A stretch of DNA of 64,000 bases, taken from contig OX597832.1 in NCBI GenBank assembly GCA_951406725.2, forward strand, positions 15,066,001-15,130,000, in the 5' to 3' direction. The stretch is from Octopus vulgaris (lineage: Eukaryota). Shown piece by piece: positions 12,676 through 26,895 of this stretch (position 1 is its first letter; the number at the start of each line of letters is the position of its first letter). Made by a program: the position numbers and the translations under genes. The notes beneath the pieces were generated by a model, which was not told where the DNA came from, did not search any database, and saw only the letters and a program-made list of their open reading frames with translations.

Positions 12676-15600
12676 TTGTACCATTGATAAGCGAAAACAA
12701 TTCGGCAGTAGTTTGATGCGTATATAAATATTTTTGAAAACGACAACGCACCGTTCAGATTAAGATGCATTTTCAAACTACAAACCAAATTCTTCTAATT
12801 TTTTTTCCTGCGCAGGAATAAACTTGTTTACACACACACAACTACAATCCTTACTCTCCTGATCCACCCACTACAACCACACACTCTAGGGAATTTAAGG
12901 GTGGGAAGGGGAACATTTGATTGTTCGTACCGTCTTTCATTCTCCAAGTTTAATTTCTACCTAAAATCCAAGAATTCTTTTTCCAGCCACAGTATAAATA
13001 CTACTGTATCTTTAATAAATTATCTGTGAAAATCCACTACTAAGCCACACTTAATTTTGAATCCATAATCAACTCCTTCAACAGACGCAGACTTCAACAC
13101 CAATTCTTAGAATGGCACAAACTCTCACAGTGCATCCCAAATTAACACACCTATTAGCAATAATACAATCCTTGAGTAACCACAACGAACTAATTAATAC
13201 CAGAGTGATGCCATCTTCCCACAATTCTACCAACGCGACAACATATACCAGCGGCAATATTTCTTCCAGTCGAATACTAAAACAGAGTGCATTTGGGGGT
13301 TTTCCTAACTAATAATGGGCCAACGGAGTTCATTCTCCCTAATGGGGAATTCCAAAAACGGTGCAGGTAGGAAATGTTGCAAACGTCGGTCTTCTCAATT
13401 ATGCCCTCTTGGATGCTTCAGTCTACGTAAGAATGTAGTCTATAAGTGCTGTGTTATAACACCAAGATTTCACCAAGCTAGAGTATACATCAGCGGTAGA
13501 CTTGCTTTCAAGCATTAATAAAGTAAACACGTAAACTCGTTTCTCCAATTCGAATTCTAAATTATGAACCTCAATAGCAAATTATGCGTAAACTATGTAT
13601 AAAACCATTCTCAGCCTTCGCAATCCTCATTACTAAGTAGATTCTCAGATGTAATTTTGTCTGGTAAACACAGATACTCGGCGTCTTTCGCGATAAATTC
13701 TAAAAAGTTAAACTGATGAAACGTGGAAGTTCCCTGCGAGCAAAAATATATGATTAGAGTACAAAGAATAGTTACTTGGAAAATGTGTAAAATAAATAAA
13801 TATATCTATATATATATATATATATACAATTTTATTTTACACATTTTCCGTATATATATGTGTGTGTGTGTGTGCGTGTGTGCGTGTGTGTGAGTGTGTG
13901 TATGTATGTACGTGTGTGTGTGTGTGTATGTGTGTGTGTGTGTGTGGATACATACACATATATTCATATATTTATACACGTGTTGAAATGATTCTGAATA
14001 TGTATAATTTCAAGGAACGAATGAAATGAGATTAACAATATCAGCTTCTCTTTATGTTTAGTTTTTGTTAGCATATCGACGAGTGAAATATTGAAGTCTC
14101 TTTCAATGAATTTGGTTACTGGATTTCTTAACGTAATTTTTCATATTTCAAATACTTTTGTTAAATGTATATTTAAAAGTATCCAATAAAAAATGTTGCT
14201 CTATTGAAACGTTCCACGCTTCCAAAGCCAGTCGAGCACATGCTTAGTAGTAAATGCAACCGATTGTAATGGAGAAGGATCGATAATCTTAAGAGCCAAG
14301 TATTTGGAAAAAAATTGGCAATTTTTTTTTATGACTGCACATGTATGCTCCAATATGAATTTAGAATGTAATAATGTCGGAAAATGATGTCAATGTTACG
14401 TTACAAAATGAAATGCTGATTTATTACGCATATTTATGATACCTGGTCTTACATACACTTTATATTTACTTTAGATATGAACGACATAAAAATGAAATAC
14501 TCTTCTGCCATATATGAATTTTGGTCAGGTGACCATAAGCTAATTATATATTAACTTGTTAGGAAGATAACTCCATAGGTATGTCATATGTGCCATATGA
14601 TTTCGGGTAAACAACGTATTTATTCTGTCCTAAGTTGAAGTCGTTTTTGTTTTTTAACTACATATTTTAAATATATTGAATGGGACTAGAATACCTCAGT
14701 AAGATTTCCGCCCTAATAAATTGACTCCAAGTCTTTATCCTGAAGTCAATGAAGATATATGTTCAAAGAAGCATCCTAAACTTTGTAACAATTCAAACAA
14801 TTCTATATTCAATATTTATTATAAGCCTAATAACCAATTTTTTGTGACATTAACGTTTTCTATTTCTAATACCGACCGACATTAAGGATCATAATAAAGT
14901 ATCATGAATTTTGATAGTTCCCAAAAAGGAAGTTAACAATTTTCGCGAGGTTAGAATATATGTATCTCGCCGTATTTCCCTTGTAAGATGCAAATACACC
15001 GCTCTCTCTTTCTTGAATAAGGAAAAATATATATACTTCGCTGTGATAGCATCAAAATTAACTCTCCTCTTACTAGAGAGTACATGAATACGATCTTTCA
15101 GAAGGTCAGTATCTTTTGAGTAGCTGGTTGACAGGAACATGATCTGAGAAGTCATTCAGCGGGCGAAGAACAACAAGACTTGTTTCGATATAATATAGCA
15201 GGATTGGCACACGCCTATGTTTCTGTGTCTCCCCAAATTCTACAGCTGTATCTGAATACGTACTTTATCCAAAGAGGGATATGCAAAATCATTGATGCGT
15301 ACTTTACTGAATTTAAGATGCGCTTGGAAACCAGAGCATTCACAACGAAATATATTCGATGGGAGGTGGCACTCACAACATGATGATTAGTGTTATTAAC
15401 ACTCTCTAATTTAGTGATGCAGGTGCTTCTCCAGAGCTGCAGTAAGCAAGACAAGAATGCTTGGATTGACAGGACATGTCAAATGTCACCCCTACAGGTA
15501 TTCAGTGACACTGCTCTCCTGGTAATCAAACAATTAGAGACTTAAAATTTGCTCCCTAAGTTGGATGATTTACTCAACAGTTGCAAAATGTTTTTCAATA

Positions 15601-16339
15601 CAAAAGTTTAGAATTCTCTCTCTCGCTCACTTTGACTCTCTTCTTTCACTCTCCGACGCTCTCCATGCTTCTCGCAGAAAGTGCAGTTGATTGAAGTAAT
15701 CGTCTTCGAAGTGTGTGGTGTACGAATCATTTTAGTAGGACAACTGGGAAAGATCTGGGGTGAAGTCCCGACATGATCTAAACTAAACAAGTCAAAAAAG
15801 TTCGATCAGTTACATTCACTGGTGCACGTTACTGAAGTAATATAAAGCAAGATGTCACCAACATAGTTATATATATATATATATGTTGCTCAGATCTGTA
15901 CTCATATACGAAATTTGAACGAACACAGCTGAGGCAATAGAAGCGAAGACCAATAAATTCGCGAAAAAATGTCAAGAAATTAACCTGAAGTTGTCATTTT
16001 TGAAAATTGCTGAAGAATAAAGAAAAAAGAAATATATACTCTAGATGATGTCTCAAACCATGCAAATGATGCTTCTTTGTGCACCCTATGTTGAAGACTG
16101 ACATAAAAGAGGAGTTCTTAAACGTTACAAGTCAAGCTTAAGAAAAGCTTCTCCCCAAACATATGAATGGATTTACTCAGCACTGGAGGAAATGACCAGG
16201 CACAAACAGAGTAATGTTAGTAGATTCCATTGATTCCATATAGACAAATTTAAAACGGTAATACCGGCATTCAGGTCTTTATTCCATCCACTAAGTTCAA
16301 AGAGTTGCTAATTCTTAAAATAAGGTAAGAAGTGGACAA

Positions 16340-16800
16340 AATAACGAACACAAAATCGGTGCAGAATTCTGAAGAAGGGCAATTTACAAACTGGGATGAA
16401 TAATTCGAGAGTAATTATTCATGCCATTATCCACATAGCATTCCCAGGAGTGATGTGTGAATTATGGCATTATTTAGTTTGAGTTTCATCATACGAACTG
16501 CATATGACCTGATTCCATCGATGGACATCTCCGTGAAGCAGACAACAAGGAGGATCTGTGTTATCCACTGTGCAAGCAAAACCCACGAACAATGGACTGC
16601 GTACTTATTTAGACATATCTTAATCTGTAAAGGAATGGTAAGGTAACTGGTTTGGTGCAAAAATGATCCTTAGACATGACGCCTTGCGTGGACAAAATTT
16701 CCTCTCTCTTGACGAGGAAAGCGAAAAGTATGCAGACCTCCTAGACTTTCACAAAAGATATCTAAATTTGATACGTGTGAAAAAGCAAGAACAAGATATT
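16340..16800 (+). pseudogene. relic of an RLE-type non-LTR retrotransposon (HERO-like)
   Basis: Broken frames give EGQFTNWDE, LSFIIRTAYDLIPS, CYPLCKQ...HILICKG (zinc-knuckle-like) and EESEKYADL (RLE K..KY.DL-like), in the order expected for HERO-clade elements. It may extend upstream to about 15000. Confidence 0.5.
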
Positions 16801-18825
16801 TTTACATGGTAGAAATCAGGTGCCACAATTAACCGGGTTCTGCTGACAGTACTTTTTGAGTGCCGAGCAGATAAACAACGTCATTTTAAGATGAGAACAA
16901 ACGAGGAACTTTTGAGAGAACTAAAATAGTATGGGTAACATTGCACAATGAAGGCAGTGGATGTTGCTCCATAGGTATCTATCCCAGCGTCAATGAGCCA
17001 ACATTTAGGTACTCAAGTACCGCAATAGGGACAACGAAATGGCTCGGAAGCTGTTCGAAAGTGTACCATGTGGTTAGAGAAGAAAACGAATGATCAGATG
17101 AAACTAAAAACGAATACTGCAACCCACAAGACTTAGGGGAAAATACTGTACTTTGAAAGAGTGCAAGTCCAATCTCGATCTATGTGAAAGAAAAACATAT
17201 TCTGAGTTCAATTAAACATGGGAATGATTAGGTGTGCAAATGAATTGCATTGATTGTATAATTGCATAGAAGATGATGGGACATAGTTCCGTCAATGTAT
17301 TTATTTGGTAATAAAAGCAAAGGGTGATGGCCACTGATGTACATATGAACGAAATATCAGGGCTGCAAAGTGCTGTATTCACGTGTATATGAATTTAATC
17401 ATTCTGATTTCGTAAACTTTCGGTGGAATCAGTAATAATTATAAATGTCATTATTTGAAATGGTGTATTTCAAAGAAAAGAAAAAAAAAACATCGTCATT
17501 CCTTTGAATTTTTTAAAAGATCTATTCACATACTTACGATGTTCTTTTGCATCTATCTAAATAAATATAATTAGCGAACATATTTAAACAAATTTTAAAC
17601 AAATGTTAGGTAGTAATCAATGGAAGCAATTTAGATTCCTTATGCTTATATACCTATATATTCGAAACATCTGGTCTTATAACAAAATAAGTTCAATTAG
17701 TGGAAGAAAATAATTATAGATTAGTAAAAGGAAACGGATGCAACTGGATTTATCTGCTTGTTTTTCCATGAAAGCAATTCAAAATGAAGCGGATAGATTG
17801 TTTATGAAATTAATAAGTTAAGTATTAAGTCAGAAATGCGCATTGAGAAGATAGAATTTGAAATAACAGAAACGAAATCACTCAGGAGAAGACATATGTT
17901 CATATATGCAAAAACAGCAACCTATTTTTATATAAATATGTGTATGTTTGTATGATTGTAAGTATGAATCTATGTATCAATCAATCTATGTGTAAAAACC
18001 TAAGTGTAAATGTATATATATAGTTATTTAGATAGACACAATATTTAGAAATGTCTGCGTTATTATGTAATTCACTTTGCAGCAACATGACTTTAGGCTC
18101 ATTTCCTAAGCATGGCACAAAAGGCAAGTGAGTTCCACAAAAAACCGCGGGCTTGGAAGTGCCATGTAATGGAATATTTTAGGCGAAATAGATGCGTAAA
18201 CAGACAACCAAAAAAGAGATATATGTATGTGTGTGCGAGTGTGAGCGAGTGGGTGAGATATCTCAGTGCAAAAGTGTGTGTGAGTGTATAACTATGATAC
18301 TGTGTGTGTGATTTTGTGTTTCGCACGCGATTGCTTCAGTCAGTGTCGCGTCATCTGCAGCAACGCCACGAAAGGCATTCAAGGAATAAGTACCAGGAAT
18401 TAAAAGAACAAAAAAAAAAACGAAATCTGGGTAGAGAGGGTGGTGCTTTCGAAGCAATAATTGAAGGGCACCACCACACCGCCCCAGCCTCTCGGCAATC
18501 CAATTACTTAACATATTCATCGGAATATATATATATATATATATATGTGTATATATATATATATATACATATATTAGAGAAGAAGCATAATTAAGTTATT
18601 CAACAGTGATATACTTTAATCATACCATATAGAATAAAATTAAAATAAATGTACGATAAAACATTTACCTAGAACTAAATAGACTACTAAATAATAAATA
18701 AATACTATATAATTACATGTATTATATGTTGAAATATATACATGTAGTATATATTTGGAAATTTGATTTAGTATTACTAGATTTAATTTTCCCCTGTAAG
18801 TTTGGAATCATATTCCCTAACATTA

Positions 18826-18865
<40 letters not shown>

Positions 18866-18918
18866 CATACACACGCACATGCTCACAAACACACACACAC
18901 ACACGCACACACATACAC

Positions 18919-18973
<55 letters not shown>

Positions 18974-19442
18974 ACGTCTATAACATCAGGCGGCCTATGA
19001 ATTACGAAGATATCTCAATATATCAATTACTATGTGCGTTCCATTTTCATTATATACCACGACCTGATTCTAATTCATATTTGAATATATACACATGCAT
19101 AAACACACATACGCACACAGGCACGCGGCCACACACACATTCACATGCAAATACCCGCACATGCGCACGCACATATATATATATATATATATACACTCAT
19201 GCACCTAAACGCACACAAACACACACATACAGACACACAGTAATATACAAACCAACATGTGTGAACGTATACATATATCCACTCATACACATGCATACAC
19301 ACACCCACACGAGCAACTAAATCTCTACGGAGGCGCATATGCCCGCAATCCCTACTGATTCACACCCAAACGCAGTGCCACCACTAATTTCCTGTCCAAC
19401 TCCATGCACAAAGAAATTGTCTTTTTCCTTGTAAATGCTGTT

Positions 19443-19690
19443 GGGGCGCATGGCGTAGACGTTAAGATGTTGCACTGATGACCGTTCGCTAGTGTTTCGA
19501 TTCCTGGACCGGGCAACGCGTTGTGTTCTTCAGCAAAACACTTCATTTCCCGTTGCTCCAGTCCACTCAGCTGGTGAAGATGAGTAATCATTAGACAGGT
19601 TGGTGTCCCGTCTTCGTGGGGTGTATAAAGGCCATGAAACCGGAAAATAGCCCTTATGAGTTGACATGACTCGAGAATGTAGCTTAACTC
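19443..19690 (+). mobile_element. SINE family D copy
   Basis: GGGGCGCATGGCGTAGACGTTAAG...GTTTCGATTCCTGGACCGGGCAACGCGTTGTGTTCTTCAGCAAAACACTTCATTTCCCGTTGCTCCAGTCCACTCAGCTGG matches 9715. Confidence 0.8.
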
Positions 19691-20716
19691 ATGTTTTTAC
19701 TATATTACTGCTGTCGCTTACCAAAGAATACTAGACGCTTTGAAATCACGCAACCGTTCTTGGACTTTCTGTACATCTCCGTTCGCTCGGATATTCCACC
19801 ATACGGAATCCGATACTATTTTCAGTATTACATGTAACTCTCAGTATATTTATTGACTGCCTTTCTTTTGTCCACCTGCTCATATATACAGATGTGTGTG
19901 TATATATATATATATATATATCTATATATATATATATATATATTTGTTTGTGTGCGCGTGTGTGTGTTATATCGCAATACTACACAGGGACTGTGCGAGC
20001 TATAAAACTTTCATCCCCCATGTTATATAGCAAGTTCGGATGACCTCTACTCAGCTCCCCGACGTCTAGACTTCTCCCTCTATATCTACGTATTGAGCTA
20101 ACCTACTTGATCGTCTGGGTGTCGATGCAACACTGTGTACATGTGCGCGTATGTGTCTGTATCTATGTGCGTGTGTATATGTATAGTACGACACAAATAT
20201 ATTATACATGAAGGCACTCACCTGCTGAGCACTCCTGTCACAGTGATATATTGGGTAGATATAAATGGAAAATTCTATCTAATGCAGCGTAACACACTTT
20301 CTGTTTTACTTTTTCAACATGTCATATAACCCATAATGTACACAAAAAGCATGTAGAGATAGAATAATACATAATACATGAGTTAAACACTAAAATTTGC
20401 AGTTTTCCCTTTGATCGGAAAATATACGTCTGCATAAATTTATTTGTAACCGAAATTTTGCTGTTCATATTTATAACAAATCCAACATTTGCATTTACCT
20501 TATAGAAGATGCTGATTATATTTTCCATGCTGAATGATTCAAAGCCTTCTGGCTAATATTTCAATGTGTGTACATATATCAATGCAGCCACATACACATA
20601 CTCGGTGCAACACATATACAGACAGCAATTTGTATATACAGAGACACGCAAGTAAATATTCACGATCACAAATATATACCAGTGCGTGCATGTCTTTGAG
20701 TTTACGTAGAAATATT

Positions 20717-20719
<3 letters not shown>

Positions 20720-20777
<58 letters not shown>

Positions 20778-20918
20778 GTATCTATCTATCTATCTATATA
20801 TATATATATATATATGTATACATATGTATATATATATATGTATAGATATATGCATACTTATATGTATATAAGTATATATGTGTATATATGTATATATATA
20901 TATATATATATGTATGTA

Positions 20919-20982
<64 letters not shown>

Positions 20983-21255
20983 GGAGGAAAAGTATATAAG
21001 GCATAATTCATTTCAGTAAGTCAAATAAAACTAGGCATAGTAAACATCACGAAAGCTGATAAAACGTTAAACATTGAATAAGTTATAATTACATTAGTAC
21101 TGACCTATGGAGATGAATGGATGCTTGTTATGTTGGAATGTGTTTGCATTTTATGAAACAAGATATCGCTTCTTTCAAAAGACCTCAATATGTGGAGTCA
21201 CACAATTACAGGTATATATGTATGTAGTATGTACGTATACATATATAAATAAATA

Positions 21256-21303
<48 letters not shown>

Positions 21304-21324
21304 ATATTTATATATATATACATG

Positions 21325-21386
<62 letters not shown>

Positions 21387-21600
21387 GATAGATAGATAGA
21401 AAGATATATATAGATATAGATAGTGATATTGATATAAATAGATGGATGGCTAGATAGATAGATAAATAGATAGACAGATAGATCGATAAATAGATAGATG
21501 GGTAGATAGAAAGATACACAGATATATAGATGGAGAGATAGACAGATAAATAGATAGATACATACATAGATAGATAGTAAGATATATACAGAGGAAAACA
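20720..21600. repeat. compound (TA)n/(TAGA)n microsatellite cluster
   Basis: Directly visible, interrupted by about 250 bp of unique sequence. It is representative of dozens of (TA)n tracts in the window. Confidence 0.9.
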
Positions 21601-22166
21601 GAGAGGCCGGTTGGAATATAGATAAACCTATAAGCACCCACACATGAATATGCATCCATATCTATACATTCAGATATACGTCAATATACACAATGAGGTT
21701 AACGAAGAAAAGAATAAATCTCTTACGATATTTTGTCCTTGTTGAAAAATTCTGACATAATTTTCACTTAGCTTAACAGAACTGAATTTTTAGTATTCTC
21801 AGACGTACATCATTGTAGCACTTGAAGTGTAGCATTTCAACAGAATCTGTATCTGGAAGTAGATTGTATCCGATCCTGTCATGTTCGCAACTGGTTAGAG
21901 GGTGAAGTCTGTTGGATTGAGATGCGCTCTAAATGGTAGAGTTTGTAGATTATTCGTATGAAGCTGTCAGGCTTGAAGTCTCAGCGTCTATATTTTGAAA
22001 GCCTACTTTAAATATTTCTCTGTCATTTCAAACGGGCCAAGTTTATTTATGTTTTCTGCTCCTTATCCAATGCCAAATCGTAACAAACTTACTGACAATT
22101 TGAACTGTTACCCAAACATTGTAATGTATACATGCATACATACCTGACGCATGAATACATCATACA

Positions 22167-22574
22167 TACTCTTCTACTCTTTACTCTTTTACTTGTTTCA
22201 GTAAGTTGACTGCGGCCATGCTGGAGCACCGCCTTCAGTCGAGCAAATCGACCCCGGGACTTATTCTTTGTAAGCCAAGTACTTATTATATCGGTCTCTT
22301 TTTCCGAACCGCTAAGTGACGGGGACGTGAACACACCAGCATCGGTTGTCAAGCAATGCTAGGGGGGAAAACACACAAACATATATATATATGACAGGCT
22401 TCTTTCAGTTTCCGTCTACCAAATCCTCTCACAAGGCATTGGTCGGCCCGGGGCTATAGCAGAAGACACTTACCTAAGATGCCACGCAGTGGGACTGAAC
22501 CCGTAACCATGTGGTTGGTTAGCAAGCAACTTACTACACAGCCACTCCTACGCCTATAGCCACTCCTACGCCTA
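22167..22574 (-). mobile_element. SINE family A, with a tandem duplication of the 5' end
   Basis: Near-identical to 113-533. AGCCACTCCTACGCCTA occurs twice in tandem at 22540-22575. Confidence 0.9.
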
Positions 22575-22639
22575 CATACATACATACATAAATACAAACA
22601 TACATACATATGTACGTATACAGAAGCACACGGTATTCA

Positions 22640-22870
22640 CATTTCTTTTGATATTTTTCTTATTTTAGTCATAAGACTGTGAACATGATGATGGCACCGC
22701 CTCGCAATTTTAGTCGACTAAATCGACCTGAGATAATATTTTTACGCCCTATACTCATTTTATTGTTCCCTTTGATACAATGGTTAAGAGTACGGCCATG
22801 TGAATGCACCACGGCTGGTTGTCAAGCGGTGAATAGCAGATGAACACAGACAAAAAGACAAACACATGTA
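22640..22870 (-). mobile_element. old degraded 3' half of a family A-like SINE
   Basis: GACTGTGAACATGATGATGGCACCGCC...TTTAGTCGACTAAATCGACC...GGTTGTCAAGCG is collinear with family A. Confidence 0.6.
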
Positions 22871-23129
22871 GACATACGTACATACATATATACATACATA
22901 TAAATTTATATATACATACACCTAGCCACACGCACACACTCACTTACGTATGTGCCTATAGACACACAAACATACACACATACACACATACTCACACACA
23001 TGTATATATATTCAGTTTATTTCAAAAATCTTGATATTATTTGAGATGTAAGTATCACAGAAACTATACAGTCAAAGCTAATTAAACAGGCTTAATGATG
23101 GGCAACATAAGATTTATTTCTCTAAATTT

Positions 23130-23875
23130 GAATGGGAAATTCAAAGGAATATGAATTCCATGAATGATTTCACAAATGCGCACCGCCTGAAACCCGGCAT
23201 ACGTCAAGTCCTCCCAAACACGCTGCAGCATGTCTTTGGTAGCAGTTTCCAGTGCGGTAATGATACACTACTCGAGATAATCTAGGTTGGCAAGAAGAGG
23301 TGGGATATAGACAAGGCCCTTCTCATAGGCCCATGTGTGCGCTTTCACTTGTTATCTGACGTTTTGGCAGGAACAAACTGCAGCTTGTAGGGTTTCATTA
23401 GTAAGAGTTTCCTCAAAACCTGCCAATCTTTCGTCGGAGGAATATGAGTTTGCAGACATTTTCTTCTTACGACTTTCTGGGGTTCGTAAGAGATTTTAGC
23501 GAACCAGCACGACCGTCTCTTCAGATATTAGTGGTCAACCAGATTTTTTGCCCTGCAGAAAACATCCTGCTTCGTTCAATCTGTTGTGCCATGTCCAAAT
23601 CTGCATTGCTGTTGCTGACTTTTCAGAGAACTCTCTCACAAATGCGCGCCACTCAGTCTTGTTCGACTGCGTTGCAGCATAATCCAACACACAAAACGCC
23701 TTTTCTCTTGCAGTGAATGCCATTTATATACCTGAAAAGATAAAGATATCGAACATTTAAATTAAGTTTTAACCTGTTTCTACACATTGGATTTAAAATT
23801 GGAAATAATTTGAACTAGAAATAATGAAAATGTCTTACATTGCAAGATGATATCAAATTTTTTGCAACACCTTAT
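23130..23875 (-). mobile_element. internally deleted IS630-Tc1-mariner transposon remnant (DUF4817-type N-terminus)
   Basis: ORF 23723-23535 reads MAFTAREKAFCVLDYAATQSNKTEWRAF...IWTWH. A downstream fragment WAYEKGLVYIPPLLANLDYLE...DMLQRVWEDL resembles the C-terminus of these transposases. Confidence 0.75.
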
Positions 23876-23883
23876 ATACATAC

Positions 23884-23913
<30 letters not shown>

Positions 23914-23921
<8 letters not shown>

Positions 23922-24402
23922 AGTGAATTGAAGAAATGGAGTTGAACGAAGATTGAACAGAATTCCTTTTATTGCATTCTACACATGTTTCAAAAGCCAC
24001 AATTTTCCAAATTCTGCAGTTCAGCCATGGGCTCTTAAAGAGCCTCCTCGTTCAAATTGCTTTGCTGCGCCTCTGTTTTCTTTTGTTCTGCCAACGGAAT
24101 TCCTATTTTTTTCCTGAAGAGAAAGCCACAATATGGTATCCTTATTTAATCAGAATTTGGATAATTGTGGCTTTTGAAACATGTGTAGAATGCAATCGAA
24201 GGAATTCTGTTCAATCTTCGTTCAACTCCATTTCTTCAATTCACTAATAATATTAAAATTCAATTATCCGCACCAACGCACGGTTGCAACACCAAATGGT
24301 TTTATCTCCAACCGTGCTTTCTTCTGCTGTGATTTTTGCTACCAAGGTATCGGTTAAACTTTTGATTAATCTGCAACAAGATTATTCATCTTTCTATTTT
24401 AC

Positions 24403-24406
<4 letters not shown>
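23914..24406 (+). mobile_element. fold-back non-autonomous element carrying a hammerhead ribozyme, inserted in (TA)n
   Basis: 103-bp inverted arms at 23914-24016 and 24151-24253 (3 mismatches counted by eye), hammerhead motif at 24111-24190, (TA)n on both flanks. Confidence 0.75.
24111..24190 (+). ncRNA. type I hammerhead ribozyme motif
   Basis: TTC-CTGAAGA-[GAAAGCCACAAT...ATTGTGGCTTTT, 12-bp stem II]-GAAAC-ATGT-GTA^GAA. The core is intact, the cleavage triplet is GUA and stem I is TTC/GAA. Confidence 0.75.
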
Positions 24407-24434
<28 letters not shown>

Positions 24435-24968
24435 CGTATCTAGAATCTTATATGTATATGTTAGTGTGTGTGTATATACATATATGTGTGTGTGCGCGCT
24501 CGAGTATGTGTGCGGATGCATTTATGCCTGTGAGTGCATGTTGGTGCGAATGAGTGTGTGTATTCGTATATGTACGTACGTACATTTATGGTTGTATGTG
24601 CTATCAATGTGCATACCCATATTGATTGTCTTGGAGCCTATTGGCCTGTCATATTCTAGATGGTAAAAACTGGTATTTTCACTCGCTTCATCGATTCCTG
24701 AACGGAAGGTCCAGCACATTTCTTGTGGCATGTATTTTTTTCGGAACCAAATGTTGGAATTTAAATTTTAGTTCAGCTTATGCAAAGGAAGAAGGCATCA
24801 AAAATGTTTCCATATACTATACTAATACAATGCCTGGAAAATTACCTATGTTGGAGGTGGGACTTGAATTGGATAGTAAACCAATTGGATAGTAAATCAT
24901 ACGTGTGTCCTTGGCTATATTTTCAAGTATATGCGTATTTACACGTACGTAAGTATGCCTTTTAGTGT

Positions 24969-25008
<40 letters not shown>

Positions 25009-25333
25009 CCAAATATATACATATAGTGCAGGGAGTGGAATTATTGGAGCTCTGATCTCATTAAGTATATTTGCATATTCCAATACTCCAAAGTAAATGT
25101 GATTTTTTTAATGTTTCATATTAGACTTGGAAATATTAGGAAATACTTGAAAGTAATGGAGTATATTTTTTGCACAGTAATAGCGTATACAAATTTATAA
25201 AGTTTTTTCTTCTAAATATGCAAAGTAACGAAGGCAGATTCCTGCAAAATATGGCAATGAAAAATAACGATAGGAGGAGAACTTAATAGCATAATTTTCC
25301 ATAGTTCTGTTTTGTTATTTTGTATACACATAC

Positions 25334-25401
<68 letters not shown>

Positions 25402-25438
25402 GTGTCTGTGTGTGTGTGTATGTATGCATATATGTATG

Positions 25439-25520
<82 letters not shown>

Positions 25521-25671
25521 TATGTGCGTGTGTATGTATGTAGAATGGATTTTCTATAATGGGCGGTGATTACTTCAATGAAATAATTTGATATTTCACA
25601 CTGATGTAAATGCATACGTAGTCTTGATTTTTAATCATCGAAGTCTATGTATCTATGCTTTTAGTTATATA

Positions 25672-26895
25672 TCAGGTTATCCCATAATGTCTGTCCCAAT
25701 TTACCTTTTTAAAAATTGAATGACATTTAACAGTATCCTGGAATGTCTAGTGGAATTTAAAAATTATTTTTATGCATTTGTGTATATTTAAAGTAATTAT
25801 ATATTATTTTACAGAATAATACAATTAAAATTTCTTTGACTAAAACCGTTTGTAACATGGACGTTTTGAAAGAGAAACCACAGCACATAATGCTTTATGA
25901 GTACAAAAAATGATACTCTGCAGCCGAAGCGACTCGAATCATACACTAAGTTTATGTTAAAGAAGGCGTGTATGAAAGAACTTGCAGGAGATGGTTTGCA
26001 AAATTCAGAAGTGGATATTTCAACCTTGAAGATGAAGATCGAACAGAACATCCAGTTGTGTTTGTTGATAAGCTCATTACTTAAGAAAATCCTGCATTAT
26101 CACTTGAAGATTTGGCAACAAAGCTTAGTTCAAACCACAGAACTCTTCATTGTCATCTCCAACAACATGGAAAGATTCCTAAACTTAGAAAATGTGTGCC
26201 TCATGAATTGTTCACATGCATCCGCAAGTAGTTAACATCTACTCTTCTCTCCATTCTCGCGAACTCATTTCACCCTTTTTCGATAGACTGGTAAAATGGA
26301 AACAAGGGACTTGGTAAACGGGTAACAGTTAAACCACAACCGAGAAGGGAACTTAAAGGGAAAACATTCTTCTTTCTATCTTCGGTATTGCAAAAGAGTA
26401 ATTCACTTTGAATTGTTACTACCTAATGTAATAATCAATACTCAAGTCTACTGTCAGCAATTAAAACGTTTCAACCAAGGTTTGAAGAAAAAAAGTCCAG
26501 CTTTAATGAATCAAAAAAGAGTGATGCGCGCCCCCACACTGTAAAGATCACATCACAGAAGTTCGAAGAGGTTGGTTGGGAAAAAAAATTATCATCCATC
26601 TTATTTCTCCAGCCTTGCGCCTTCGGAATACCATTTTTCTTTTCGTAGTTTACAGAATCATCTGGGGGACATAACTTTCGCAAAACAGGAGGAAGTGGAA
26701 ACTGACGTTTCGGAGTTCTACGCATTGAAACCGAAAGAGTTTTACATTGGTGGGATTAAAAAGTTTGTATTCAGATGGAAGGAAGTCATAGATAATCAGG
26801 GAACGTACATTGAGGATTAAATTTCAATTAAATATAACACTAGATCCCGTGTTTTCTTTATTCAAAATTCGGACAGAACTTATGGGATGACCTGA
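25672..26895 (+). mobile_element. near full-length decayed mariner transposon
   Basis: TIRs TCAGGTTATCCCATAATGTCTGTCCCAATTT and AAAATTCGGACAGAACTTATGGGATGACCTGA, TA on the left flank. Frameshifted motifs CVPHEL (WVPHEL), DARPH, HPSYFSSLAPSEYHF (HPPYSPDLAPSDYHLF) and RWKEVIDNQGTYIED. Confidence 0.92.

Noticed and set aside
12830-13700. Higher-complexity block, possibly a TE or exon
   Set aside because: The frames I tried gave no recognisable motif.
13710-13730. Isolated CTGATGA cores (also about 835, 27238, 52582, 54960)
   Set aside because: None has a paired stem II followed by GAAA plus stem I complementarity.
24626-24892. 88-aa ORF as a host exon
   Set aside because: No recognisable domain or convincing splice pair.
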